DNA from: Actinobacteria bacterium UBA7524
GTDB taxonomy: Bacteria > Actinomycetota > Coriobacteriia > Anaerosomatales > UBA912
Direction of reading: 5' to 3'
Length of the DNA: 64,000 nucleotides
NCBI GenBank assembly: GCA_002478275.1
Contig: DLMY01000030.1
Span: 1 to 64,000, forward strand
Shown: in pieces, positions 9,096 through 19,418 of the stretch
How the letters are laid out: every line of letters starts with the position of its first letter
Numbering within the stretch: the stretch's first letter is position 1
Position numbers and translations under genes: made by a program
The notes under the pieces: model-generated
Databases searched by the model: none
What the model saw: only the letters and a program-made list of their open reading frames with translations
Told to the model about the DNA's origin: nothing

Positions 9096-10354
9096 GTGGG
9101 TCTTCTCTCCCTCGGTGCCCAGCCGATGCCCATCGGTCTCGATATCGGGACCGATCATGTGCGAGCCGCGCAACTCAAATCCGTAGGCGCCGGGCACGCA
9201 CTCACTGCGTATGGCCTGGTCCCGATACCTATGGGTGCCGTGGTCGAAGGCGAGATCGTCGACACGGAAGCGGTTTCCTCGGCGATCAAGGAGTTGTGGA
9301 GACGCTACGGGCTGCACGGCAAGGACGTCGCCATCGGTGTGTCCAACCAGAAGGTCGTCGTACGCCTCATCGACCTGCCTTTCATGGAACGCGCGGAACT
9401 TGAGGGCGCGATCCAGTACCAGGCGCAAGACTACATCCCGATCCCGATAGAGGATGCAATCCTGGACTTCCAGATCATCGGCGACTACATGACGCCAGCC
9501 GATGAACACATGATGGAAGTGCTCCTCGTGGCGGCGCAGCGAGACATGATCGCCAATGCGGTCACCGCGGTCGAAGGCGCCGGTCTGCGCCTGAGCCAGA
9601 TCGACGTCACGTCGTTCGCGATCGTGCGGGCGCTGCTCGGTTCGGTCGAGAGCGTGCTACCGACCGAGGAAGAGGAGAGCGGCGAGGCGATGGCGGTGAT
9701 CCACATCTCCTCCGGTATCACGAACATCGCCGTGGTGGAGAAGGGTGTGCCGCGCTTCACGCGAGTATCGTCCATCGCCGGCAACCAGTTCACCCAGTCG
9801 ATAGCCAACGTCTTGAACCTGACCTTCGATGAGGCCGAGGAGCTCAAGATCAGGGCTGGTTTGCCAGACATCGAGGGCGGGGAACCGACAACGGACGATC
9901 AGGCGGTCCAGGTCGCGCGCGATGCGCTCGAGCGTGAAGTGAACAAGTTCNNNNNNNNNNNNNNNNNNNNNNNNNNNNNNNNNNNNNNNNNNNNNNNNNN
10001 NNNNNNNNNNNNNNNNNNNNNNNNNNNNNNNNNNNNNNNNNNNNNNNNNNNNNNNNNNNNNNNNNNNNNNNNNNNNNNNNNNNNNNNNNNNNNNNNNNNN
10101 NNNNNNNNNNNNCGCTCGACTACTACCTTACGCAGGCGACTCAGATCCGTACGATCCGCAAGATCTACATGACAGGCAGCGGGTCGAGACTGTCGCACAT
10201 AGCCAACTACATGGCCAAGGGTCTCCAGGCCGAGGTCGTGCTCTCCGACCCACTGCAGCGCATTCAGGTGGCGTCGTCGGTAGAAGCTGCAGTGACTGAT
10301 GATCGTATGGGAGCCGCTCCGGCCATCGGGCTTGCCATGGGGGGTGCGACCTGA
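9096..10354 (+). CDS. pilM: Type IV pilus assembly protein PilM (spans an N-gap)
   Basis: IGLDIG actin-fold motif; QAQDYIPIPI; VLLVAA; after the gap SLDYY...IYMTGSGS...AIGLAM. Confidence 0.92.
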
Positions 10355-10355
10355 C

Positions 10356-11158
10356 ATGGTGCGCATCAACCTGCTTCCTCCCGAGATAGGGGAGAAACGT
10401 AAACAGGAACGTCGCATCGGGCTGGCTCTGGCTGCAGGAGCGATCGTCTACGTGGCGCTGTTCCTCGTCTACGGCATCCTGGCGTGGATAGTCATGCAGC
10501 GCAACGACGAGTTGCAGTCGAACAAGGACCTTGCCGCGAATCTGCAGAACCAGGCTGAGGCGTTCAGGATCTTCGAGGACAAAGAACAGGACCTGGCAAG
10601 ACGTGTCTCAGTCGCAGAGGTGGCACTCGCCCGGCGTGCGGAATGGGGCAGAATCGCCAATGAGCTGTCGCTTGTCATGCCCAGCGATGTCTGGGTCACG
10701 AGGATCTCTGGAAACCAGGAGCAGGGATTGACCATCACGGCTCGTGCGGTCGATGCACAGACCGACATGCCTGACGCGGGGCACAAGGCGGTCGCCAAGA
10801 CGCTCATACGACTCGCCGACCTCGAGCAGGTGCNNNNNNNNNNNNNNNNNNNNNNNNNNNNNNNNNNNNNNNNNNNNNNNNNNNNNNNNNNNNNNNNNNN
10901 NNNNNNNNNNNNNNNNNNNNNNNNNNNNNNNNNNNNNNNNNNNNNNNNNNNNNNNNNNNNNNNNNNNNNNGGCTTGCGGAGCTCGATCTGCTCACCAACG
11001 TCTGGCTGATATCGTCGACGAAAGGTTCCATGTCTCTTGGCGCCGCAGGCGAGCATCCGATAATCGACTTCGAGTTGAAGAGTGACGTAGTGCGGCCTCC
11101 CGCACCCGAAGGTATCAACGCCGGCGTTCCTGCCCCGCCAACGCAGCCCGGCCAGTGA
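10356..11158 (+). CDS. pilN: Type IV pilus assembly protein PilN (spans an N-gap)
   Basis: MVRINLLP motif, one TM segment, coiled coil, MPSDVWV; post-gap frame reads LAELDLLTNVWL...PGQ with TGA at 11156-11158. Confidence 0.88.
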
Positions 11159-11182
11159 TTCGATCGATGAGGCAAGGATGAG

Positions 11183-11809
11183 ATGAAGCTGACATCGGCA
11201 CAGAAGTTCATAGCCATCGTGGTCGGACTCGTGCTGATCGCCGCGCTCATCGTATTCCTGCTTGTCTGGCCACAGGCGGCCAGACTCGCCGACCTTCAGA
11301 GCAGCATCGATGAGGCGGCGGCGGATGCGGAATCCGCTCGCATCCTGCTTGAGCAGCGACAGGCGATCAAGGCGAGATCCGCCGAGACAGAGTCTCAGTT
11401 GCTGCGCCTCGCCAACCAGCTGCCTGAGAATCCTGAGTTACCGACGTTCATCATCGAGCTGCAGGATGTCGTCAATGAGTCCGGTCTTGAGTTCGCCCGC
11501 GTGACGCCATCGGACCCCGTGCCTTCCGAGCAGGGTTATGACTCGATATCGGTGGAACTGGTCGTGAACGGGGAGTGGCCGGACATCGTGGATCTGCTTC
11601 AGCGCTTGAGGCGCATCACGCGGCAGGTACGCATCGAGCGTTTCGAAGTCGCAACGCTCAGCATGCCGGGAAGTACTGCACCCGGAGAGGTGACCGTGGA
11701 CGAGACCGAGCAGGAAACGCTGGTCGAGGGTGTCATCTTCTTGCAGGTCTATACGTTGCAGGCGCAAGGCGCGGATCCGGTCGTCCCCCCCGCGGCGCCG
11801 GCCGAGTGA
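11183..11809 (+). CDS. pilO: Type IV pilus assembly protein PilO
   Basis: N-terminal TM segment, coiled coil, LPENPELP and LRRITRQVRI; follows pilN. Confidence 0.88.
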   Translation: MKLTSAQKFIAIVVGLVLIAALIVFLLVWPQAARLADLQSSIDEAAADAESARILLEQRQAIKARSAETESQLLRLANQLPENPELPTFIIELQDVVNESGLEFARVTPSDPVPSEQGYDSISVELVVNGEWPDIVDLLQRLRRITRQVRIERFEVATLSMPGSTAPGEVTVDETEQETLVEGVIFLQVYTLQAQGADPVVPPAAPAE

Positions 11810-11829
11810 TCGTAGGTTAGGAGCACGAA

Positions 11830-12474
11830 GTGGTAGACGGGCTTACGCCACAGAGTGAGATGCCACAGCCGCTCCCCGAGGACGGCTCGCAGGGCGATGG
11901 CAAGGATTCGTTCCTTGCCAGCAAGAATGGACGCCTGGTCGTCATCGTAGGCGCCGTGGTGGCGTTCCTGGTCATCGCCGGTGTTGCGGCGTTGCTCGTC
12001 ATGAACTTCCTGTTCTCGCCGGACGACGCGGCCGACGACCTGTTGGTCGAGACTCCCAGCGTCGTTACGACCTCCACGGTCGCCATCGAAGCCGTGGCAG
12101 ATCCGGTGGAGCCCGATCCAGTGTCGATGAGCGAATTGTTCACGTTCCGCGATATCTTCGATCCGTTGCTGAAGCCGCGACCCGCGGAGGAAGCCACTCC
12201 GACCGATGATGTGACGGCGGGTGAGGTCGATACCCTCTACCTCATCAACATCATCGTGGAGGACGGGATCACCAAAGCGGTGCTTGAGTACAACGCGTCG
12301 AGGTTCAACCTTGCGGAGGGAGAGGCTCTTGCAGGCACTCCCTGGCAGGTTCTGAGCATCGGCAGCAACTCCGTTGTGATGCTGTTCGGAGACAGCCGGG
12401 TCACATTGGCCATCGGCCAGGGTGTCACCACCGATGGCTCTACAGCCGCTGGAGCTGTACCCTCAGATAAGTAG
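11830..12474 (+). CDS. PilP-like single-TM pilus accessory protein
   Basis: TM segment, RDIFDP motif and C-terminal beta domain (AEGE...WQVLSIGSNSVV); sits at the pilP position. Confidence 0.6.
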   Translation: MVDGLTPQSEMPQPLPEDGSQGDGKDSFLASKNGRLVVIVGAVVAFLVIAGVAALLVMNFLFSPDDAADDLLVETPSVVTTSTVAIEAVADPVEPDPVSMSELFTFRDIFDPLLKPRPAEEATPTDDVTAGEVDTLYLINIIVEDGITKAVLEYNASRFNLAEGEALAGTPWQVLSIGSNSVVMLFGDSRVTLAIGQGVTTDGSTAAGAVPSDK

Positions 12475-12497
12475 GCTGCAATCGGGGGAGGCTTCAG

Positions 12498-13649
12498 GTG
12501 CGCTACATCACGTCCGGTGAATCACATGGTCGTGCTTTGACCGCCATCGTGCTCGGCATGCCCGCGGGCGTCCCGATCTCGCAGACCGATATCGATAATG
12601 ACCTCGCCCGTCGTCAGTCCGGTTACGGGCGCGGTGGACGTATGAAGATCGAGAGCGATCGAGGACTTCTCCTCTCCGGAGTCCGCTTTGGCAGGACCAT
12701 CGGAAGTCCCGTGACTGTCACGATCGCGAACAAGGACTGGGAGAACTGGACCGATGTGATGGCGTCTTCGGGCAAGGACGCCGGGCGAGCCAGGATCACC
12801 GCGCCGAGGCCGGGACACGCAGACCTTTCGGGCATGCTCAAGACGCGATCGACCGACGCTCGCGACATCCTTGAACGCGCCAGTGCTCGTGAGACGGCGG
12901 CGAGGGTTGCTGCCGGTGCGATCGCGAAGTCCCTGCTCGGAGAGTTCGGTGTCCGCGTCCGGTCCTGGGTCTTCTCGATCGGTGACGTCGCGGTGCCCCT
13001 CGTTGGCGATCCCGCGGCTGTCGATTTCGACGCTGCGGAGTCGAGTGACGTCAGTTGTCCGGATGAAGTCACGGCTGAAGCGATGCGGCGTGCGATCGAC
13101 GCCGCTCGTGATGCGGGAGAGAGCCTGGGTGGGACATTCTTCGTCGTTGCCGACGGTCTGGTGCCCGGACTCGGTACGTACGCCGAGGCCGGGGGGCGGC
13201 TGGATGCACGGTTTTCCTCGGCGGTGGTGTCGATTCCGGCCATAAAGGGCGTCGAGTTCGGGGACGGCTTCGCGGCTGCCGCCCGTCCGGGATCCCTCGT
13301 TCATGACGAGATAGTGCTCGACCCGCAGCGTGGTTATTCTCGTAGGACGAACCGCGCAGGCGGGATCGAAGGCGGGATGTCGAACGGTGAGCCGATCGTG
13401 ATACGCGCGGCGATGAAGCCCATCCCCACGCTCATGACGCCGCTGCAGACGGTGGACACGGACACGGGTCAGCCGGTCGAAGCGTCCACCGAGCGCTCGG
13501 ACGTCTGTGCCGTACCGGCCGCTGCCGTCGTGGCCGAGGCCGAGGTCGCTATGGTCCTCGCCGATGCCTACCTCGACGCGTTCGGCGGGAACAACCTCGA
13601 AGACATACTCGCCGCACTGGACGCATACCGCACGAGGGTCCGCCCGTGA
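12498..13649 (+). CDS. aroC: Chorismate synthase
   Basis: TSGESHG, PRPGHAD, ERASARETA, GGIEGGMSNG, ERSDVC. Confidence 0.97.
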   Translation: MRYITSGESHGRALTAIVLGMPAGVPISQTDIDNDLARRQSGYGRGGRMKIESDRGLLLSGVRFGRTIGSPVTVTIANKDWENWTDVMASSGKDAGRARITAPRPGHADLSGMLKTRSTDARDILERASARETAARVAAGAIAKSLLGEFGVRVRSWVFSIGDVAVPLVGDPAAVDFDAAESSDVSCPDEVTAEAMRRAIDAARDAGESLGGTFFVVADGLVPGLGTYAEAGGRLDARFSSAVVSIPAIKGVEFGDGFAAAARPGSLVHDEIVLDPQRGYSRRTNRAGGIEGGMSNGEPIVIRAAMKPIPTLMTPLQTVDTDTGQPVEASTERSDVCAVPAAAVVAEAEVAMVLADAYLDAFGGNNLEDILAALDAYRTRVRP

Positions 13650-14167
13650 GCGGACACATCTTCCTGGTCGGCTTCATGGGTGCGGGTAAGTCGACCGTAG
13701 GTAAGGGCCTGGCTGCTGCTCTCGGCATGCCCTTCATCGATCTCGATGAGAGGATATCCGCCGACTCGGGGATGAGCGTCGTGCGGATGTTCGAAGACTT
13801 CGGCGAGCAGGTCTTCCGCGAAAGCGAGACAAGGGCGCTGATGTCACTGTCAGACGAAGCGCCATCAGTGGTCGCATGCGGCGGCGGGGTGGTGTTGCGC
13901 GACGAGAACAGGGTCGCGCTCAAGTCGATGGGGACGGTCGTCTACCTGAAGGTCGATGCTGCCGAGGCGCTCGCACGTATCGGGGACTCGGCGACACGTC
14001 CGCTGCTCTCGGGAGCAGGTGGCCGGATGGCGGCGACAACTCTGCTAGCCGCCCGCGAGTCCTTGTATACGGCCGTGGCGGACGTGACGATAGAGACGAC
14101 AGGCTCTTCTCCTGATGAGGTGGTCCGGCTCGTTTCGGCAAGCCTGCAGGCGGAGGCCGGGTCGTGA
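13646..14167 (+). CDS. aroK: Shikimate kinase
   Basis: GFMGAGKSTVG P-loop, FRESE, CGGG, RPLL. Confidence 0.96.
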   Translation: MSGHIFLVGFMGAGKSTVGKGLAAALGMPFIDLDERISADSGMSVVRMFEDFGEQVFRESETRALMSLSDEAPSVVACGGGVVLRDENRVALKSMGTVVYLKVDAAEALARIGDSATRPLLSGAGGRMAATTLLAARESLYTAVADVTIETTGSSPDEVVRLVSASLQAEAGS

Positions 14168-15318
14168 GGCGCGTGGGTGTCGAGATACCCGGTGCGCGAT
14201 ACGACGTGCTGATCGGCGAGGGATTGCTCTCGCGCGTCGGCCCCGTTCTTGCCGACGAATACCGTGGCGGACCGGTACCCGGACGGTTAGCGGTCGTGAC
14301 CGACGCAACCGTCGAAGGGTTGTATGCGGAGGAGGTCCTCACTTCACTTGCCGATGCTGGCTTCCTGGCCGACATCTGTGCCGTCCCGGCAGGTGAGGTA
14401 TCCAAGGACTGGGACACCGCCGGGGAGTTGTTGGAGCGCTTCGCGGACCTGGGGCTGGACCGCGACGACGCGGTCGTGGCGCTGGGCGGCGGCGTCGTGG
14501 GGGACCTTGCCGGTTTCTGCGCGGGCGTCTACATGAGAGGGATAGCGTTCGTTCAGGTGCCCACCACGCTGCTCGCGCAGGTCGATTCCTCGGTAGGCGG
14601 CAAGACGGCCGTCGATCTTGAGGCAGGTAAGAACCTGGCGGGAGTGTTCGTGCAGCCGCGGCTTGTCGTAGCCGATGTGGGGACCCTCGCCACCTTGCCT
14701 CAGGGCGAGTGGTTGAGCGGCTGCGCGGAAGTGCTGAAGTCCGCTGTCCTCAGCGGGGATGATTTCCTCGGCTGGCTTGAGAGTGAGGCCGAGGCGTTGG
14801 TCCGCCGGGAGTCGGACGCGGTCGCGGACGCGGTCGAGCGGTGTGTGCGCTTCAAGGCCGGTGTGGTCGCTGCTGACGAGCGGGAGACGGGGCTGCGCGA
14901 GTCGCTCAACCTCGGACACACCTTCGGTCACGCATTGGAGAAGGTCGCAGGTTATGGCGTGTTTCCGCACGGGATCGCGGTCGGTCTGGGGATGAGGTTC
15001 GCCGCAGGTCTTGCGGAGCGGCTCGGTCTGGCGGACCACGCGTTCACCAGGCGTCAGGAGGCACTGCTCGATGCGGTCGGACTGAGCGTCGAGGCCAGCG
15101 TGACCGGATTCGTGCCCGCTGCCGAGCGGAGTGATATGGGGGACATCCTCTGTGCTCATGAGTTACGCTTGGCTATGGGAGCTGACAAGAAGGCGCGCGG
15201 AGGTGTCGTGCGATTCGTTCTTGCATCGGCCCCGGGGAAGCACGTCGTCAAGGCTGTGTCGGACGATCTGCTCGTGAAGGAGTTGGACAGGTTCACTGGC
15301 GCCGTACTAGAGGGGTGA
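14164..15318 (+). CDS. aroB: 3-dehydroquinate synthase
   Basis: [37 protein letters not shown]. Confidence 0.96.
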   Translation: MRRVGVEIPGARYDVLIGEGLLSRVGPVLADEYRGGPVPGRLAVVTDATVEGLYAEEVLTSLADAGFLADICAVPAGEVSKDWDTAGELLERFADLGLDRDDAVVALGGGVVGDLAGFCAGVYMRGIAFVQVPTTLLAQVDSSVGGKTAVDLEAGKNLAGVFVQPRLVVADVGTLATLPQGEWLSGCAEVLKSAVLSGDDFLGWLESEAEALVRRESDAVADAVERCVRFKAGVVAADERETGLRESLNLGHTFGHALEKVAGYGVFPHGIAVGLGMRFAAGLAERLGLADHAFTRRQEALLDAVGLSVEASVTGFVPAAERSDMGDILCAHELRLAMGADKKARGGVVRFVLASAPGKHVVKAVSDDLLVKELDRFTGAVLEG

Positions 15319-15328
15319 GAGTGTCACC

Positions 15329-15772
15329 ATGATGAGAGTACTCGTTCTCAATGGCCCGAACCTCAACATGCTCGGCACGCGCGAGCCCGAGGTATACGGC
15401 ACCGCGACGTTGTCCGACATCGAGGCGCTGGTCATCGCGAAGGCCAGCGAACTCGGTGTCGAGGTAGGCTTTCGTCAGTCGAACCACGAGGGGGAGCTGA
15501 TCGATGCGCTCCAAGATGCGCAGGGGCACTACGACGCCGTCATCTTCAACCCCGGAGCGTACACGCATTACTCATACGCGTTGCGCGATGCGGTCGCGGG
15601 GTGCAGGGTGCCGGTTATCGAGATCCACCTGAGCAACGTATCCGGCCGCGAGGAGTTCAGACGCAGGAGCGTCATCGCGGAGGCCTGCGTGGGCCAGATA
15701 GCCGGCTTCGGCCCCGAGTCGTACTCGCTTGCGGTGATCGCCGCGGTCAGTGTCGTGGAGTCGAAGCGGTGA
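15329..15772 (+). CDS. aroQ: Type II 3-dehydroquinate dehydratase
   Basis: [32 protein letters not shown]. Confidence 0.96.
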   Translation: MMRVLVLNGPNLNMLGTREPEVYGTATLSDIEALVIAKASELGVEVGFRQSNHEGELIDALQDAQGHYDAVIFNPGAYTHYSYALRDAVAGCRVPVIEIHLSNVSGREEFRRRSVIAEACVGQIAGFGPESYSLAVIAAVSVVESKR

Positions 15773-16857
15773 ACGCGGATCGGAGACTCGCCGCTTTGCG
15801 TCGCCGGCTGGCAAGCGAGGAGATCGAGGCGATCATCATCACCGACGTACCCAACGTCCGTTACATCACCGGATTCGAGGGAGTGTTCGACGACGGCGCG
15901 AACGTCGCGTGCATGCTCACGGACCAGTTCGCAAGGGTCTACACGGACTCGCGATACTCCGAGGCCGTCGCGGTAGCAGCCGAAGGCACTCCGTGGATAC
16001 TGCATGTGCAAAGAGAATCCCTCTACATCGAACTGTGCGACCAGGTCGTTGCCGAGGGCGTGCAGTCCGTCGCTCTCGAGTCGAATGTACCTTACGGCCG
16101 TTTCCGCTTCCTCTCCGAGAGGTTCGGTGGACGGGTCGAGGTGGTAGACCAATGGGTGGAGGAACTCCGCCAGGTCAAAGAGGCCGCTGAGGTCGAACGG
16201 ATCACGAGAGCCGCTGAGTTGACCGTGGCAGCCTTCGAGTATGCACTTGGCTTGATCACGCCCGGTGCCACCGAAGCAGGGCTGGCCCTGGAGATCGAGT
16301 ACTTCATGCGTAGCAACGGCGCCGATGGTGTGGCGTTCGCGCCTATCGTCGCAAGTGGACCGAACGCATCCAAGCCTCATGCAGTCGCTTCGACCCGGGA
16401 GATCGGCACCGGCGACCTTGTGGTACTGGACATCGGCGCTCGCTTCGACGGTTACTGTGCCGACATGACGCGCACGGTCGCGGTCGGCAAGGCGACAGAA
16501 CGCCAGCGCGAGATCTACGAAGCGGTACTGGAAGCTCAGGAGACGGCGCTGTCTCAGATACGGGGCGGCCTGCGCGCTTCCGATGCCGATGCGCTGGCCC
16601 GAAAGTCGCTTGAGGCGAGTGGCCTTGCCGAGGAGTTCAGCCACGGCCTCGGCCACGGTGTCGGGCTTGAGGTCCACGAGATGCCATCGGTGGGCCCGAG
16701 GAGCCGGGACACGATCCTCTCGGGCTCGGTCATCACTGTGGAGCCTGGTGTCTACGTGCCGGGCTTCGCGGGTGTTAGAATCGAGGACCTGGTCGTCGTC
16801 GATGATGGCGGATCCACGCTTCTGACGACGGCCGACAAGCGCCTCATTGAGATCTGA
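15769..16857 (+). CDS. Xaa-Pro aminopeptidase (M24 family)
   Basis: GTG overlapping the aroQ stop; [43 protein letters not shown]. Confidence 0.93.
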   Translation: MNADRRLAALRRRLASEEIEAIIITDVPNVRYITGFEGVFDDGANVACMLTDQFARVYTDSRYSEAVAVAAEGTPWILHVQRESLYIELCDQVVAEGVQSVALESNVPYGRFRFLSERFGGRVEVVDQWVEELRQVKEAAEVERITRAAELTVAAFEYALGLITPGATEAGLALEIEYFMRSNGADGVAFAPIVASGPNASKPHAVASTREIGTGDLVVLDIGARFDGYCADMTRTVAVGKATERQREIYEAVLEAQETALSQIRGGLRASDADALARKSLEASGLAEEFSHGLGHGVGLEVHEMPSVGPRSRDTILSGSVITVEPGVYVPGFAGVRIEDLVVVDDGGSTLLTTADKRLIEI

Positions 16858-16882
16858 CCGCACGGCGAAAGGGTTTTCCCGC

Positions 16883-17443
16883 ATGAGCGTCTCAACGAAC
16901 AACTTCAAGAACGGGATGTGTATCGTCCACGAGGGCAAGCGCTGGGTCATCGTCGAGTTCCAGCACGTGAAGCCGGGCAAGGGCGGCGCCTTCGTCAGGA
17001 CGAAGCTCAAGGAGCTCGCCAGCGGGAGAGTCGTGGACTACACCTTCCGCGCCGGCGAGAAGTTCGATGACGTCCGTGTGGAGACCAAGAAGATGCAGTA
17101 TCTGTACAACGACGGTGCCACGTTCTACTTCATGGACACCGCCTCGTACGAGCAGGTCGAGTTGCACGCGGACTTCGTCGGTGATGCGGCTCAGTGGCTC
17201 AAGGAGAACGATGAGGTCGAGGTGTTGACGGCCGACGGCGAGTACATGGGGGTCGAGCCCCCGATGTTCGTCGAACTCCAGGTGACCGAGACCGACCCCG
17301 GATTCAAGGGCGATACCGTACAGGGCGGCACGAAGCCCGCGACGCTCGAGACAGGTGCCGTCGTGCAGGTCCCCATGTTCGTCGAGACCGGCGACATCCT
17401 GAAGGTGGACACCCGGGACGGACGGTACGTGACCCGCGTCTAG
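16883..17443 (+). CDS. efp: Elongation factor P
   Basis: QHVKPGKGGAFVRTKLK, PGFKGDT, KPATLETG, VDTRDG.Y. Confidence 0.97.
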   Translation: MSVSTNNFKNGMCIVHEGKRWVIVEFQHVKPGKGGAFVRTKLKELASGRVVDYTFRAGEKFDDVRVETKKMQYLYNDGATFYFMDTASYEQVELHADFVGDAAQWLKENDEVEVLTADGEYMGVEPPMFVELQVTETDPGFKGDTVQGGTKPATLETGAVVQVPMFVETGDILKVDTRDGRYVTRV

Positions 17444-17545
17444 CACCTGGCGGCACGAGGGTGGCTCTCGTATATACTTACCTGACCGACGTTCGCGGAG
17501 ATGGCCGCGGGGTGAAGCGCACCCGCGTCACGCAAGGAGTACCGT

Positions 17546-19408
17546 ATGCGACCTGTTCACATAACCGACACGACGCTGCGCGATGCGCACCAGTCCCTCT
17601 GGGCCACACGGATGCATCTGTCCGACATGCTGCCGATCCTTGGCAAGATGGATAGCGTAGGTTACTGGTCGCTGGAGGTCTGGGGCGGAGCCACCTTCGA
17701 TGCCGCTTTGCGCTTCCTGGACGAGAACCCGTGGGACCGGCTGCGTATCATCAAACAGCATTGTCCCAAGACCCCGCTGCAGATGTTGTTGCGGGGCCAG
17801 AACCTGGTCGGTTACCGGCATTACTCGGACGAGATCTGTCGCCGGTTCGTACACGCCTCGAAACGCAACGGTATCGACGTCTTCCGCATCTTCGACGCGC
17901 TCAACGATATCCGTAACGTCGGCGTCACTGCCGAGGCGGTCAAAGAATGCGGCGGCCATTTCGAGGGTGCGATCAGCTATACCGTGAGCCCGGTGCATAC
18001 GCTGGACTCGTACCTCGAGTACGCCCAGGAGCTCAAGGACCTCGGTGCGGATACCATCGCGATCAAAGACATGGCCGGCATGCTCACGCCGTTCCGCACC
18101 GAGAAGATGGTCACCGCGCTGCGCGAGCAGATCGGCCTGCCGGTTCACGTGCACTGTCATTACATCGGCGGAATGGCCCCGATGAACTATCTCAAGGCGA
18201 CTGAGGCCGGTGCGGAGATCATCGACACCGCGGTGGTGGCGCTGGCATTCGGCAACAGCCAGCCCGCCGTCGAGATGATCGTCGCCGCGCTCAAGGAGTC
18301 CCCCTACGACACGGGACTCGACCTGGACCTTCTCTTCGAGATCGCAGAGTACTGGGAGGGCGTCAGGGAGGCCAAGAAGCTCAAGCGCGGCGTGACGTCG
18401 CTCATGCACATGGAGGTGTTCAGCCATCAGGTGCCCGGCGGCATGCTCTCGAACCTTATCAGCCAGCTGGAGCTGCAGAAGGCCAGTGGACGCTTGCCCG
18501 ACGTCCTCAACGAGATACCCAAGGTCAGGGCAGAGGTCGGGTATCCTCCGCTTGTGACACCGCTTTCCCAGATAGTCGGTACGCAGGCGGTCATCAACGT
18601 CTTGACAGGGAAGCGCTGGGCGGTTGTCCCCCAGGAGATGAAGGACTACGTCAAGGGCCTCTACGGTAAGGCTCCCGGCCCGATGGACCCCGGGGTCGTA
18701 GCGAAGGTGCTGGGCAAGGACGAGGCTCTGGCCCCCGATGTGAGACCCGGCTCGCTCGCCACTACCACCTACGCGCAGGTCGAGGCCGAGATCGCGGACC
18801 TGGCCCAATCGGAAGAAGACGTCTTGATGTACGCACTCTTCCCGAACGAAGCACGCAACTACCTCACCTTGCACCAGGAAGGCGCCGAGAGCGCCGTGTT
18901 CATGACGGGTGAGGAGATCAACACGGTCATGGAGGGAGATCAACCAGTGGATGTGAACCAGATCCGGGAGCTTATCAAGATCGTCGAGCTTTCCGGCGTG
19001 AACGAGGTCACGGTCGAGGAGGGCGGTTCCAAGGTCATCGTGCGCAAGGGTGCGGTGCTGGAGATGGCGCCCGTTGCAGCATCTGCCGCAGCAGTACCGG
19101 ACTCTGCGCCGGGCCAGGCCGCTCCCCAGGATGTCGCGGTCAAGGATCCGTCAGAACGGCCCGCGAGTTGGAAGAAGGTCGTCGCCCCTATGGTAGGCAC
19201 CTTCTACCGCGCTCCCTCACCCGGAGCCCCAGAGTTCGTCAACGTGGGGGACGTCATCGAAGAGGGTCAGGCGCTGTGCATCCTCGAGGCGATGAAGCTC
19301 ATGAACGAGATAACCGCCGAGGAGCCCGGTGTGATCCGTGAGATCTGTGTGGGCAACGCCGAGCCGGTCGAGTACGGTACCGTTCTGTTCTACTACGAGC
19401 CTCAGTAG
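17546..19408 (+). CDS. Pyruvate carboxylase subunit B / OadA-type carboxyltransferase fused to an AccB-type biotin carboxyl carrier
   Basis: TLRDAHQSL, EVWGGATFD, IKDMAG, HQVPGGM, GYPPLVTPLSQIVG; C-terminal VAPMVGTFY and EAMKLMNEI biotinylation site. Confidence 0.9.
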   Translation: MRPVHITDTTLRDAHQSLWATRMHLSDMLPILGKMDSVGYWSLEVWGGATFDAALRFLDENPWDRLRIIKQHCPKTPLQMLLRGQNLVGYRHYSDEICRRFVHASKRNGIDVFRIFDALNDIRNVGVTAEAVKECGGHFEGAISYTVSPVHTLDSYLEYAQELKDLGADTIAIKDMAGMLTPFRTEKMVTALREQIGLPVHVHCHYIGGMAPMNYLKATEAGAEIIDTAVVALAFGNSQPAVEMIVAALKESPYDTGLDLDLLFEIAEYWEGVREAKKLKRGVTSLMHMEVFSHQVPGGMLSNLISQLELQKASGRLPDVLNEIPKVRAEVGYPPLVTPLSQIVGTQAVINVLTGKRWAVVPQEMKDYVKGLYGKAPGPMDPGVVAKVLGKDEALAPDVRPGSLATTTYAQVEAEIADLAQSEEDVLMYALFPNEARNYLTLHQEGAESAVFMTGEEINTVMEGDQPVDVNQIRELIKIVELSGVNEVTVEEGGSKVIVRKGAVLEMAPVAASAAAVPDSAPGQAAPQDVAVKDPSERPASWKKVVAPMVGTFYRAPSPGAPEFVNVGDVIEEGQALCILEAMKLMNEITAEEPGVIREICVGNAEPVEYGTVLFYYEPQ

Positions 19409-19418
19409 GGGTTGGCGG

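Noticed and set aside
9951..10112. Apparent frameshifts in pilM (similarly pilN and xerD at their gaps)
   Set aside because: Frame changes coincide with N-runs of estimated length; conserved motifs continue on both sides.
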